The notes under the pieces are model-generated. The model was not told where the DNA came from, ran no database searches, and saw only the letters and a list, made by a program, of their open reading frames with translations. This document shows, piece by piece, positions 1 through 12,802 of a DNA stretch of 64,000 nucleotides (the first letter of the stretch is position 1; every line of letters begins with the position of its first letter). Origin of the DNA: Eledone cirrhosa (Eukaryota); assembly GCA_964016885.1 (NCBI GenBank), contig OZ024740.1:373860001-373924000 (forward strand), written 5' to 3'. The position numbers and the translations under genes are program-made.

Positions 1-116
1 TCAGTATGCAGATTGGAGCACTCGACGAGTGCACAGGTTGGTTTGGTTACTCCGGAGTAATGTAACATAACAAAAAAATAAATAAGTCAAATGTTTAAAA
101 TTTACCTTCGTTTATT

Positions 117-171
117 ACTGCTATACATATTTCGGTCACAGCCATCTTTGGCTGTGACATGGTCAGGCAGT
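117..171 (-). ncRNA. Decayed minimal type I hammerhead ribozyme
   Basis: Minus strand: actgc-CTGACCA-t-gtcacagcc/aaagat/ggctgtgac-c-GAAA-tatgta-TA-gcagt; one core mismatch. Confidence 0.65.
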
Positions 172-511
172 TCGAATTAGTGTGGTATATACAAGTACAT
201 ATGTTGTTGAGGTGTATAACTTTGTCAATACTCTGATATGCCCAGTTCCTGGTTGGGTTGTTATTTCACTGTGGAACTGGAATCATATGAATTCAACAGT
301 CTTTACAAAAGACTTTTGAATGAAGAATGTTCTAACAACTGACCAATGAGAAGAGAAGAGGCCCTTTGACACTGAAATTCGTTTGTTTGAATTCATATGA
401 TTCCAGTTCCTCAGTGAAATAACAACACAACCAGGAACTGAGCATATGAGAGTATTGACAAAGTTATAGACCTCAACAACATATGTACTTGTCTATACCA
501 CACTAATTCGG

Positions 512-566
512 ACTGCCTTAAGAGGTCACAGTCAAAGATGGCTGTCACCGAAATATATATAGCAGT
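512..566 (+). ncRNA. Decayed minimal type I hammerhead ribozyme
   Basis: actgc-CTTAAGA-ggtcacagtc/aaagat/ggctgtcacc-GAAA-tatata-TA-gcagt; one core mismatch. Confidence 0.65.
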
Positions 567-610
567 AATACACGAAGCTAACTTTTAAACATTTGACTTA
601 TTTCTTTTAT

Positions 611-747
<137 letters not shown>

Positions 748-919
748 CGAAGGAAATGTGGTAAGGAACCAGGTGGCCTATATATATAAATATGAATATA
801 TGTATGAATATATGTATATCATAATTAGCAACATAGTGTATGTTTAATTAAAAACATTTTGAAGACCAAACGCTATGAATTTTAAAGTAGTGATTAAATC
901 TCGTGAAAAACAAAGAAGA

Positions 920-964
920 GTGATCGACAGCTGTTTCTCGCTCGTTAGCGTTTATCAAGACCAC
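920..964 (-). ncRNA. Decayed minimal hammerhead ribozyme
   Basis: Minus: gtggtc-TTGATAA-acgct/aacg/agcga-GAAA-cagctg-TC-gatcac; palindromic loop 3, GUC site, two core mismatches. Confidence 0.55.
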
Positions 965-1188
965 ACAATCCCTTGATTTTGCCCAGATTTATAGAAGCTG
1001 GATACTTATAGACTTCCACTAATAGTTAAGACTTGATTAAACAGAGTGATTGCCGGTCGAGCAAAACACATATGTATTAGTATTGGTGCTATGAATTAGC
1101 GATATATACAAGAATGTATATATATATATATATATATATATAATAAATAAATAACAAAGAACGCTTATAGCATATGCATATCTTTACT

Positions 1189-1234
1189 TGCTAACATTGT
1201 TTCATCCGCACTATAAGTGGGACTCATCAGAGCA
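1189..1234 (-). ncRNA. Minimal type I hammerhead ribozyme, intact core
   Basis: Minus: tgct-CTGATGA-gtcc-cacttatagtg-c-ggat-GAAA-c-aat-g-TT-agca; stem I extends (cttta/taaag). Confidence 0.8.
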
Positions 1235-1844
1235 TAAAGGTTAATTACATACCATACAAGCAATAACAAATCCAAGACATTGAAGAATGAAAGGTAATAA
1301 TAGACGATAGAGGATAAGAATAAAAATAAAAATAAAAGTAAAAATAAAAATAAAAATAAAAATAAGGGGTGCTATCAGTCACAGTTGGGCGGGGTGCTGT
1401 CAACATATAGTTACATACAAGCATACACATGGATAAGAGTACAGACAAGAGTAGACACATGGATAAGAGAACAGACAAGAGTAGATAAGATAATGGGATT
1501 AGGTAAGAGTAGGTAAAAAATAGGTAAAAAATAGGTGAAAAACAGACTTATAATATATATAAAAAGAAATACAAAGAAATACATAACAAACTTACATATA
1601 AAATAAAAAAAATAAAATATAGGGTAAGGAATGAGATAAAATAATATAAAATTAAAAATTAAAAATTATATACATAGAACATAATATAGTATAATCGTAA
1701 AATAAGATAAAATAAGATAAAATAAGGTAAACTAAAATCAAATAACATAGACTAAATTAAAATAATATAATATAAGATATAATTAAATGTATAATTAAAT
1801 GTAATTAAATGTAATTAAATAAAATAAAATAAAATAAAATAAAA

Positions 1845-1875
<31 letters not shown>

Positions 1876-1971
1876 AAATTAAAAATTAAGAATTAAATAA
1901 ATAAATAAAATTTAAATTTAAATTTTAAAATTTTAAAATTTCAAAATTAAAATTAAAATTTAAATTTAAAT

Positions 1972-2013
<42 letters not shown>

Positions 2014-3523
2014 AAATAAATAAATAAATAAATGGAGTCAAGTAAGTAAATAAATAAAATTAGATAACATGAAATGAAATAAAATGAAATAAAGTAAATT
2101 GAGATAAGATATATATTTTTTTAGAATATATCTCTTGAATATATCAGGGGCCCACGAAGGCACTAAATGTCACAGTTATATGTATCACTTGACCAATTTT
2201 TTTAAAAATATTTTTCATGAAAACATCAGGGGCCCACGAAGGCACTAAGTGTCACAGTCACCAGTATCACTTGACCATTGCAAGGCAATGGAGGCGTCCC
2301 AGGTTGGGCAGTCTCGAAAGTTCACTCGAAAGTCATGGGTGTGCATTCACACAGTTGAGCGGTGGGGTAATCACAAACCGGTTCACACACGGGCAGGAGT
2401 CAATTGGTCAGAGAGGTGCATCAAAGGAGGTAGAAGAATTCACATGCATTAGCAAGCGAGGTGAGATTAAAGCAAGCAGATACAGTTGTAGCGCATACAA
2501 AATATATATAAAGACAGAAGATATATAAAAAGCCATTAAGTCACCGCATTGGGACATCACAAGATTGTACACATCAATATGTTCAGCACGTATATGCACG
2601 TATACACACCACATGCATATGCAGAGACGGTATACATATATATATATATATATTTTTTATATATATACACAGACACATATAACCACCTACACCCATACAC
2701 ATATAAATGTATACACGGACACACACGCACACACACACAGCGTAGGACACCCGGGTCAAAGCCGATATTAAATACGATATTAAATACGATACTAAACACC
2801 GAAATACCACATTTGACCAGGCCCACCACCACAGGTAATATATTCAAAACAAATACATACGATGAGATGTATTAAAATAAAGTTGAAATCCTACGGAGAT
2901 ATTCATGTCTGCACGTGCCATTGACCGGTTCGAGTGTACACAGACCGTTAGTAACTACGGAGGGCCATCGGGGCCAAAACGTTACTTTCGGGATCATAAA
3001 AACGACCGTCAATATATGGAAGGCCGATCGTGCTAGAAAGACTAAAACCCCGGGTAAGAGCTCCCAGAGGTCAGCCTGTAGATCTTGAACCACAGAATAT
3101 GAGGGCAACACGTATATGCGCCACGTATCCACTGCTTACGGCAGGATGGCACGGGTCCGCCCACAGTTACAGGCTAAATTTCCACTAGTGCAGCCTAAAT
3201 CACAGTACACGCTTTACATAAATACATTACATCACAATTCATGCGCATACAGAGGTACAGATCAACAAGATATACGTCAGGATAGGTCCACCAATGCACT
3301 AATGGTGGGTAGGCCAGCGTGGATGGGTTACATCCACTGTACCAAACAGGGGTGCTTATTAACATACACTCCCCTGCACACCCCAATATCAAGATCAATA
3401 TCCTCCCACAGGCATACGTATACATTCACAGACTCGTATACATAGACGACCAACATTAGGAGACAGTTACACTCAGTCAGATACAGTTACACAAGACAGC
3501 CCAACTGGAGGAATAAGGGCGTG

Positions 3524-4120
3524 CTAGCTAACAGGTTTAAAGTAGAAGAAAGAGCTTAATATTCGGTGGGGGCAAGAGGAAAAAATTTCAGACTTTCTAT
3601 TTAGTAGAGGGCATTTAGCAAATATAATAGAGTGGGATTCGGCAAGGCACAGGTTGCATACTCTACTATGAGGAGTATATGGATGGGATTTAGCAACCTG
3701 CCGCCAAGTAAGTGTGTAAGGTGTACCTGCATTTTTTAAATTATGGACGTACGCTGCCAAGGAGGTGGAGTTCTTCAGTTTATTATGTCTAAAAGTGCAT
3801 TGATGAGAGTTAAACCTGGTCTTAAAGGGGGTGGAAGTTGATCCTATATAGGTCATAGTGGACTCCGTAGTTACCACATCAGACGCATAAACTATGTTTC
3901 TACCAAGGCAGAAACCATTCAGGGGGCAGCCTGAAGCCCTTCTACAGTTACAACCTCTGGTGATGCTATTCTCTGAAAGATTACCACCAGTGTTACTGCC
4001 CACTCTATCCACTACCGTGTTGTCCCCTAGGCTTAGGTTGTCCAGGCCTTCCTTTATTTTCTTATTATTAGTAATGGCCAGATGAGAGGCCAGATTTTGG
4101 GTTGTAGAATACGAAAGTTT

Positions 4121-4122
<2 letters not shown>
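3524..4122 (-). pseudogene. PLE GIY-YIG endonuclease C-terminal fragment (probably Nematis-type)
   Basis: KLSYSTTQNL...CNCRRASGCPLNGFCLGRNIVY...YIGSTSTPFKTRFNSH...CNLCLAE...LNRKSE...CPH; the ORF-track N-terminus is microsatellite read-through. Confidence 0.9.
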
Positions 4123-4184
<62 letters not shown>

Positions 4185-5599
4185 GCAATAACAACCATAA
4201 ACAATACTGACCTAAGAGAAGTATAAATACATACATAAATAAATAAATACACAAGCACAATAACAACAAACACATATTAACACACACTAGTAAACTAAGA
4301 TAGAATACAATAACCAATACACAGTCACCCAAACACGAACACACATCAAACACTATACACACGCAAACGCATGCGCAGAGAAGAAGACAAAACAATAAAT
4401 AAATCAACAGACTAAATAGTTTAGGCTCCCGTATATTAAATGTGTAGTTATACATATTTCGTTTTATGAAACCTTCATAAATCCGATTACTAATGATATT
4501 TCCTCACAAACGAATCCAGAGACAACAAAGCGAGATGGAAGAGAGCAAACATTAACAATTAGCAGCTGGTTCGTGGCAACATGGGTAAGACGTAGAATCT
4601 AGTGGAGATCAGATGCTACCAGCTAGATATAATCGGCGTTTCCTCAGCAAAGTTGAGTGATTCTGGTACAGTTGATTTCGATAGAATATGAAAATTCCAC
4701 TATTCCGGTGTGGGACTGGAAATTATTTCACAGGCTGACACAATCTCATATGGACTGTAAACAGGTCTGTGGTTCTTATTTTCAGAGGGGTGTATCGTCC
4801 CGAAGTGGAGAGAATATTTTGCTAATGTCTGAAACCCGGTCACAACAGCATATTTTGATTTAATTAGGTGAATCATGGAGCGATAACATGCATTTTCGTT
4901 TTATTTTCCAGTTCTTAGATATTCATTGTATTTGGTAGAGCCATTTATCAGTCATTATTTTTTCAATGTGTATGCGTTTGTGCATCATTGTTTATCAGTT
5001 GAATAGAACGTATTTTTGTTAGATCTCCTTCATCATATTGTAGGGAGCACCTCTTATTTTCTGATTTTCAAGAGTTTTTTTTTTTTTAGTTTCTTGTAAA
5101 AAAGTTCATAACAGAGAATATGTAGGGAAATGATTGTGAAGCTTACGATTACGAATCTTAGCTCAGTAATCAGGTTTGTTATTAATATTAATTTTTACTC
5201 ACTGTTTTCCGTAGTCCATTTTTTATGATATTTGATTATGTGCTCAATGCTTCATCTTAACGGATTATTCAACTAAAATACACTTACTAGTATGCTAGGA
5301 TATTTTATTAAATGTTTTGTGTTTTTGTTTAATTGTAGATCTTAGCACATTCTCCTGATAAGCATTTTCGCATTTGAATAATTCCGATTCAGCGATATAG
5401 AAGGGACATTTTCCATTCTTTCCAAAGTGTTTACAGCCTTTGCGGCTCTGTTTCAACACATCTATTAATAACGTCAGGGAAGCTCCATAAAATATTTTCG
5501 TTAAAGTATAGGGCTATTATTTATAAGCTTCTCATCGATGAATTTTATTGATATTTTCTGTTTAGTTACGCCGTTGTAGAATTACTGACAGTGCATTTG

Positions 5600-5800
5600 G
5601 CTACTTTGTTTTTGTACAGTATCTTAAATATTCATGTTTGGCCAGATGCCAAAGAATGTTCCGTAATCAATCCATGCCAAATATATATTCCCCCTTTTCA
5701 TGAGGCTAGATATTTCTTCCGTTTATCAATAACTATTCGCAGCAACCATACATAGCTTTCCGATACCCTTTATATACCTCCAATACTATAATGTACTATG
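5600..5800 (-). pseudogene. Ancient R4/Dong-like RT remnant
   Basis: Minus-strand translations KGYRKAMYGCCE*LLIN and RGNIYLAWIDYGTFF align by eye with KGCRKKSIGTKDEILIDN / GLDMGWIDYKKAFD of the element at 54080-54230. Confidence 0.5.
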
Positions 5801-8349
5801 CAGCTTTGTTGCATGATTTAACTCCATATGGGAGGGATGTATTATCTTAATGTTTAAAATTATCTGGGATAATATTTCTTTTTGCATTATAAATTTTGTT
5901 TGTTATCGCATTGAAAAGATTATACGCAATATGAGTGGAGTCCTACTAGCGGTATGTTGTTTATATATGTAGCTGACCTTTATTTATTTATTATATATAT
6001 ATGGCTTTTACTCATTCAAAATGCAGGTCAGTTAATATGTGAATTATTTATGCTTTCAATCATCGTATCCAATTTATCTCCATTCCCTGATATATTTGGA
6101 TAATTACTCTATTCCTGCCAGACATAAAATGTGATTTGTTGACAGTGGCACAGAGATCGGAAGACAATTCTTTCCCTGGTAGTTTTTGCCTATATTTCGT
6201 CCTTTTTTCTAGACACAATATTCTTCAATATTAATGCGAAATATATCCTTAATATAGTCGTTTTTCTGCTTTGAGAATATTAATATTATAAATAATTACT
6301 AGAGCCATTCGTCCAGTTATCCATATATCACAAAATATGTTCATTTGGCGCCGCCTAGAATGCCAATCTTGTATGTCTGAATATTCGTCCATAAAGTCAT
6401 TTTTTATTTATAGGTGTCTGTCTATTTCCATATTGTTTAATATATATTAATCGGAATTTATATATATATATATATATATATATAAATTCGTGTGTGTGTG
6501 TGTGTGTGTGTGCGTGCGTGTGTGTGTGTTTGTGTGTGTATGTATGCTTGTGCGCGTGTGTGTTTCTTTCTGCTCCTCTCACGTTTAGTTGGTGATTTAC
6601 ACCGGTTTAAATAGATTTTCTGCCTGCTGATCACCGCTCAAGATTTGAACGAGCTTGCATTTGCAATTCCCTACCTGATACATCACATAAAATAGCAGTG
6701 GTTTCATCATTTTGTATTGTAAACATTGTAGTTTAGAAAAAGATTCGCATCTCAGTTTTTTTGGCCAGAGTTTATTTCCAAGCGTAGAACTGAAATAGAG
6801 CTCGAAAAAATTATAATCCGCTTTGATCTCCTTCACACAAACCTATATAAATATAACATGTATTGTTAACAATTTTCTCTTTCCCTACCTATACATTAAT
6901 TTCAAAATGCCTGTTCATAGTTGAATTGGTATATGCAACATAATAAACAGTTGACATAGTTATTAGACGGATAAAATTAGATATTACAAAATTGCTGCAA
7001 TGTATGTGTGGACCTCGGATTGGAAAAGCCAGACAACGTGGAATTCCGAAGACAAAGAGTAGAAATTTGATGAAAAATAATTCCGAATGCTCGGTTTTGA
7101 GGACAAGACAAAATGATTAATTTGTAGCAATATTTTTATCTACTAAATCATCATTTGGTTTATGACATCTTAATATACAAACAATTTTTCCAGGTCTATG
7201 TATATTCCTTGAAATGCATTTTTTCTTAAATTGAAAATTTACCTTTTTATCTAATAAATATTTTACAAACATTTATACGTAAGAGGTGATGAATAAATTA
7301 TTCAGAATTTTCATTTAGGTATATCTGGATTATATTGTATAAATTAATTACATTTTATGTAAATTAAATAAGATCAAGATAAAATCCGTATAACTCTTTG
7401 GCAAACGTAATTCTGTCGTAATAGGTTAAATATATATAAAAGCGAAAAGTATTTTGAATTAATATTTTATTTCATCAGAAGACGGCTAATTGCAATCGCC
7501 AGTCAATATAAATGTTTGTTTGCAACAATCAGAAAATAGATTTTATCATAAATATGTCACCAATGTGAAGTAATGTAGATATTTGATACGCCTGCATAGA
7601 GACAAGTGTTGCTGGTCGGTCAAGGCGTTCACATCATGTCATGAATGAAATTGGTTTGTGGAAGAGAGTCTGATGGATTGTATTCTAATTCAACTAGCCT
7701 GCATGGGGAGGTATTATCACAAGGGAATTTTGCGAGTTAGTTATAGTAACTTGATTTAACAAAGGCCTAATTTTTAACCAGTAAAGAAATAACCATCGCA
7801 AAACTGATCAACAATATATACATTCCTGCACAAAAATCAGGAATAGAATTATCCTTACAGGATGTGAAGTAGAGATGGTTAATACCAGTTGAATAAAATT
7901 TAAATCTTTGAGAATTAAAAAAAGCAAGAACAAACATAAACATAAACACACACATAGACATATATGCTGAGACATAGACACACAGACCCAATCACACACA
8001 TATATAACTGTGTCTATATCTATCTATATCAATATGTATATCAGTATCTATATATATATATATGTATATTTCTCTCTATATATATGTATATAATGATCGG
8101 CAGCTCGACTGACCCTTTAAAAGGGTCCGTCGAGCTATCGATCATTGAGTCGGGTAGGATCGATACAGATCGAACCTTCAGCTGATCAGTGGCGAAACGC
8201 GCGTCACCGACCAATGAATGTAATGAAGGTGTAACCAATCGTCCTTGTTATCCTTTCACGATATTACACTCTGTATAGCGCTATAGCTCATCACAGAAGT
8301 GAACCTAAACATCGAGTGAACCTGCAGTAACTCCAAGTTACACCCCCTG

Positions 8350-8414
<65 letters not shown>

Positions 8415-8591
8415 GAGGGGGAGGGGGGTTGTGTGTGTATTTAGATGGTAACATTGTATGCTAGGATTATATGTGTAACAATAACCACTAACATTTCCTG
8501 GCGGGTGGAATCCAAACATCTAGCTGATTTGTATTTGATAGGAACTTCAGTTTCACCGAATCCAAAGGATGATTCTTTCAGATTTCATTAT

Positions 8592-8780
8592 GTGGATTGG
8601 CAGTATCAGTAAAGCGTCGGATGCCATGCTTTGTAGCATAGAGTTACGGCCCTTTACGATCTGAGTTCAAATCCCGCCGAGGTTAACTTTGCCTTTCATC
8701 CTTAAGGGGTCGATAAAATAAAATACCAGTAATACACTGGGTAATTGCTTGCCTTGTGCCAAAGGTAGAAAAAATGATTA
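8592..8780 (+). mobile_element. tRNA-derived SINE with Meta/MESC-like central domain
   Basis: B-box gagttcaaatcc, core gcctttcatccttaaggggtcgataaaataaaatacca; several copies in window. Confidence 0.85.
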
Positions 8781-9599
8781 CTACAAAGCACTGACATTTC
8801 TATTATTTGATTGAATACTGTCAAATTATACATGTAAGAACTCAAGGAGAGGGCATATAAGTTTACGGACTCTGACACTATTTTTTCTCGTAACAAATTC
8901 GGAAGATGTTTGGAAATATAATGTATAGACATATACAGTGATGTTCTATAGCAATTTATATACATATGAATATATATAGATAATATAGATATATGTAGAA
9001 AGGCAAACAGAAAAAGCATCACAATCGGTACAATATATGGAAGGAATATATAAGGTTAACGCTTGAAATAGCAGAAAGAGGGTCTTAACATTTCGGAAGC
9101 TAGTCTTTAATTAGAAAAAAGTGTGAAATATATATATAAATTATGAATTTAGCAACTAAATACGTTCAATTTTGTTGTTTACAATGTTAACTGATAATAG
9201 ATAATGTGTGTTTCTAGCATATGAAATGAACATTATCATGCCTACAGCGCTGTTGATGGCAGCCTAATTTCATACAGCCTACTTCTACCTAGCAGTGGGT
9301 AAAGAAATTAATGGTGGAATAAATGTACGTAATTAATAAACTAAAAATGAATGTATTAAAGACGTGGAATTTTGATGTTGTTAGATCACTGCTTTTAAGT
9401 GGAAAGTAGACAAATACGGTATTTACAAAAAGGTGCCAAAACCGTAAATGTATTTAAACACACTAGACCCGTTAACATAGAGAGACACACACATAGCTCA
9501 CATTCTCACACACACATACAGACATATATCTATCTTTCCCTCTCTCTCACTCTCTCTCTCTATATATATATATATATATCGACAGACGATCGACTTTCG

Positions 9600-10021
<422 letters not shown>

Positions 10022-10049
10022 CTAATAGTATATAACTTCCTTATGCATA

Positions 10050-10310
10050 TTAACGGCTGAGCAGCCTAATTTGCATATCGAGTGAGTTTAGTCGGCAGGG
10101 CGCACCGCAAAAACGATAAATGGAATACAATGAAACGAAATTTCATTTCTCACTCTTAGTACGGCAGTTACCTAAATGTATGTATATATATATACATACT
10201 ACTGTACGTCTGTATACATATATGTATGTACGTATACATACATACTTACATTTAAGTAACTGCCGTACAAAGAGTGAGAAATGAAATTTCGTTTCATTCT
10301 ATTCCATTTA
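10050..10310. mobile_element. Fold-back fragment of a diverged relative of the 469-bp repeat
   Basis: Arms ~10117-10180 / 10248-10310 are inverted; minus strand reads gaaatttcgtttc...tttatcgttt...cggtgcg...ctcac...atgcaaattag as in the array unit. Confidence 0.6.
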
Positions 10311-10507
10311 TATTATATATATACATATATATATGTATATATATATAGGTAGATATACACGGGTGTGTATGATTGTGTATAGAAGATTATATTAATAAGA
10401 GGAATTCCAACTTTGTCTGATTTACTCGTTTTATTTACAATCCTTTAAAATATATAATGGTATTATAATGAAATAGTATGATAGAATATTAAATTCTAAG
10501 TGTTAAT

Positions 10508-10546
10508 TGAACAAGTACTTTCATGCTTTCGCAATCTTCAGGTTCA
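10508..10546 (-). ncRNA. Very compact intact minimal hammerhead ribozyme
   Basis: Minus: tgaac-CTGAAGA-ttgc/gaaa/gcat-GAAA-gtac-TT-gttca; palindrome AAGTACTT across stem III. Confidence 0.8.
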
Positions 10547-10555
10547 TAATATGTG

Positions 10556-10601
10556 GTGACAGTCGAGTTTGCAATTATCAAATTGCAAACTCGACTGTCA
10601 C
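10556..10601. repeat. Perfect palindrome, 21-bp arms, 4-nt loop
   Basis: gtgacagtcgagtttgcaatt-atca-aattgcaaactcgactgtcac. Confidence 0.95.
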
Positions 10602-10743
10602 ACATGTATACATATGTACATGTACTCAGCTTTTCACTAGACACTTTACAGTGAGTGTCAGCTAGTCAGCTAGTCTGTATGTAACCACACAGGCGGACCG
10701 GGTTTTAGAGTCATACGAGTTTTCAAGGAAACACATTTCCTCT
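10599..10743 (-). repeat. Inverted partial copy of the 469-bp unit (reverse complement of ~10959-11095)
   Basis: cacacatgtatacatatgtacatgtactcagc...ggaaacacatttcctct; contains an extra 8-bp cagctagt duplication. Confidence 0.95.
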
Positions 10744-10798
10744 CGTTATTTGTTTTTATCGTTTCCGCTGAACCGGTGCGTACAATGACTCACGTTCT

Positions 10799-10806
10799 AT
10801 GCAAAT
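10799..10806 (+). promoter_or_regulatory. Octamer motif ATGCAAAT (present in all five units)
   Basis: ctATGCAAATtag at 10799, 11268, 11737, 12206, 12666; also retained in the diverged relative (ATTTGCAT, 10069). Confidence 0.45.
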
Positions 10807-10891
10807 TAGTCTACCCACTACTAATTTTCATAGAAAAAGCATATAACGATATGTGCTTTTACAATTCTCCAGAGAAGCCGGAAGATGGTTA

Positions 10892-10936
10892 AATATTGCT
10901 GATGAGATGTAATAACATCGAAACTAGTCCAATATT
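10892..10936 (+). ncRNA. Minimal type I hammerhead ribozyme, copy 1
   Basis: aatattg-CTGATGA-gatgt/aata/acatc-GAAA-ctag-TC-caatatt; predicted cleavage after C10929. Confidence 0.92.
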
Positions 10937-11360
10937 CCTGTCTGGCCCTCTGGAGAATAGAGGAAATGTGTTTCCTTGAAAACTCGTATGACTCTAAAAC
11001 CCGGTCCGCCTGTGTGGTTACATACAGACTAGCTGACACTCACTGTAAAGTGTCTAGTGAAAAGCTGAGTACATGTACATATGTATACATGTGTGTATTT
11101 ATATGCATACTAATACTTCCGTATACATATGTAGATGTACTCTTTAACTTAATTGTTTAAGCGTCAGTCATACAAAAGTGAGTTAGAAGCGAAACGAAAT
11201 TTAATTTCGTTTCGTTATTTGTTTTTATCGTTTCCGCTGAACCGGTGCGTACAATGACTCACGTTCTATGCAAATTAGTCTACCCACTACTAATTTTCAT
11301 AGAAAAAGCATATAACGATATGTGCTTTTACAATTCTCCAGAGAAGCCGGAAGATGGGTA

Positions 11361-11405
11361 AATATTGCTGATGAGATGTAATAACATCGAAACTAGTCCA
11401 ATATT
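11361..11405 (+). ncRNA. Minimal hammerhead ribozyme, copy 2
   Basis: Identical motif to copy 1. Confidence 0.92.
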
Positions 11406-11829
11406 CCTGTCTGGCCCTCTGGGGAATAGAGGAAATGTGTTTCCTTGAAAACTCGTATGACTCTAAAACCCGGTCCGCCTGTGTGGTTACATACAGACTA
11501 GCTGACACTCACTGTAAAGTGTCTAGTGAAAAGCTGAGTACATGTACATATGTATACATGTGTGTATTTATATGCATACTAATACTTCCGTATACATATG
11601 TAGATGTACTCTTTAACTTAATTGTTTAAGCGTCAGTCATACAAAAGTGAGTTAGAAGCGAAACGAAATTTAATTTCGTTTCGTTATTTGTTTTTAACGT
11701 TTCCGCTGAACCGGTGCGTACAATGACTCACGTTCTATGCAAATTAGTCTACCCACTACTAATTTTCATAGAAAAAGCATATAACGATATGTGCTTTTAC
11801 AATTCTCCAGAGAAGCCGGAAGATGGGTA

Positions 11830-11874
11830 AATATTGCTGATGAGATGTAATAACATCGAAACTAGTCCAATATT
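11830..11874 (+). ncRNA. Minimal hammerhead ribozyme, copy 3
   Basis: Identical motif to copy 1. Confidence 0.92.
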
Positions 11875-12298
11875 CCTGTCTGGCCCTCTGGGGAATAGAG
11901 GAAATGTGTTTCCTTGAAAACTCGTATGACTCTAAAACCCGGTCCGCCTGTGTGGTTACATACAGACTAGCTGACACTCACTGTAAAGTGTCTAGTGAAA
12001 AGCTGAGTACATGTACATATGTATACATGTGTGTATTTATATGCATACTAATACTTCCGTATACATATGTAGATGTACACTTTAACTTAATTGTTTAAGC
12101 GTCAGTCATACAAAAGTGAGTTAGAAGCGAAACGAAATTTAATTTCGTTTCGTTATTTGTTTTTATCGTTTCCGCTGAACCGGTGCGTACAATGACTCAT
12201 GTTCTATGCAAATTAGTCTACCCACTACTAATTTTCATAGAAAAAGCATATAACGATATGTGCTTTTACAATTCTCCAGAGAAGCCGGAAGATGGGTA

Positions 12299-12343
12299 AA
12301 TATTGCTGATGAGATGTAATAACATCGAAACTAGTCCAATATT
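12299..12343 (+). ncRNA. Minimal hammerhead ribozyme, copy 4
   Basis: Identical motif to copy 1. Confidence 0.92.
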
Positions 12344-12758
12344 CCTGTCTGGCTCTCTGGAGAATAGAGGAAATGTGTTTCCTTGAAAACTCGTATGACT
12401 CTAAAACCCGGTCCGTCTGTGTGGTTAGATACAGACTAGCTCACACTCACTGTAAAGTGTCTAGTGAAAAGCTGAGTACATGTATACATGTGTGTATTTA
12501 TATGCATACTAATACTTCTGTATACATATGTTGATGTACACTTTAACTTAATTGTTTAAGCGTCAGTCATACAAAAGTGAGTTAGAAGCGAAACGAAATT
12601 TAATTTCGTTTCGTTATTTGTTTTTATCGTTTCCGCTGAACCGGTGCGTACAATGACTCCGTTCTATGCAAATTAGTCTACCCACTACTAATTTTCATAG
12701 AAAAAGCATATAACGATATGTGCTTTTACAATTCTCCAGAGAAGCCGGAATATGGGTA

Positions 12759-12802
12759 AATATTGCTGATGAGATGTAATACATCGAAACTAGTCCAATA
12801 TT
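12759..12802 (+). ncRNA. Minimal hammerhead ribozyme, copy 5
   Basis: Same motif, loop 2 shortened by 1 nt (aat). Confidence 0.9.

Larger units (their letters stand above)
80..603. mobile_element. Fold-back element (~217-bp inverted arms 80-296 / 387-603), PLE pLTR-like, each arm with a decayed hammerhead
   Basis: Arms are reverse complements (aataagtcaaatgtttaaaa...atatgaattcaa vs ttgaattcatat...ttttaaacatttgacttatt); right end abuts (TA)n at ~618. Confidence 0.8.
1143..4122 (-). mobile_element. 5'-truncated Penelope-like element (GIY-YIG end + long 3' UTR + HHR), flanked by (TA)n
   Basis: GIY-YIG ORF at 3524-4122, HHR at 1189-1234, (TA)n on both sides (1118-1141; 4124-4180). Confidence 0.7.

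Noticed and set aside
4440-4485. Possible HHR remnant on the minus strand (gttt/aaac-GAAA-tatgta-TA)
   Set aside because: Core box and stem I do not fit; too decayed to call
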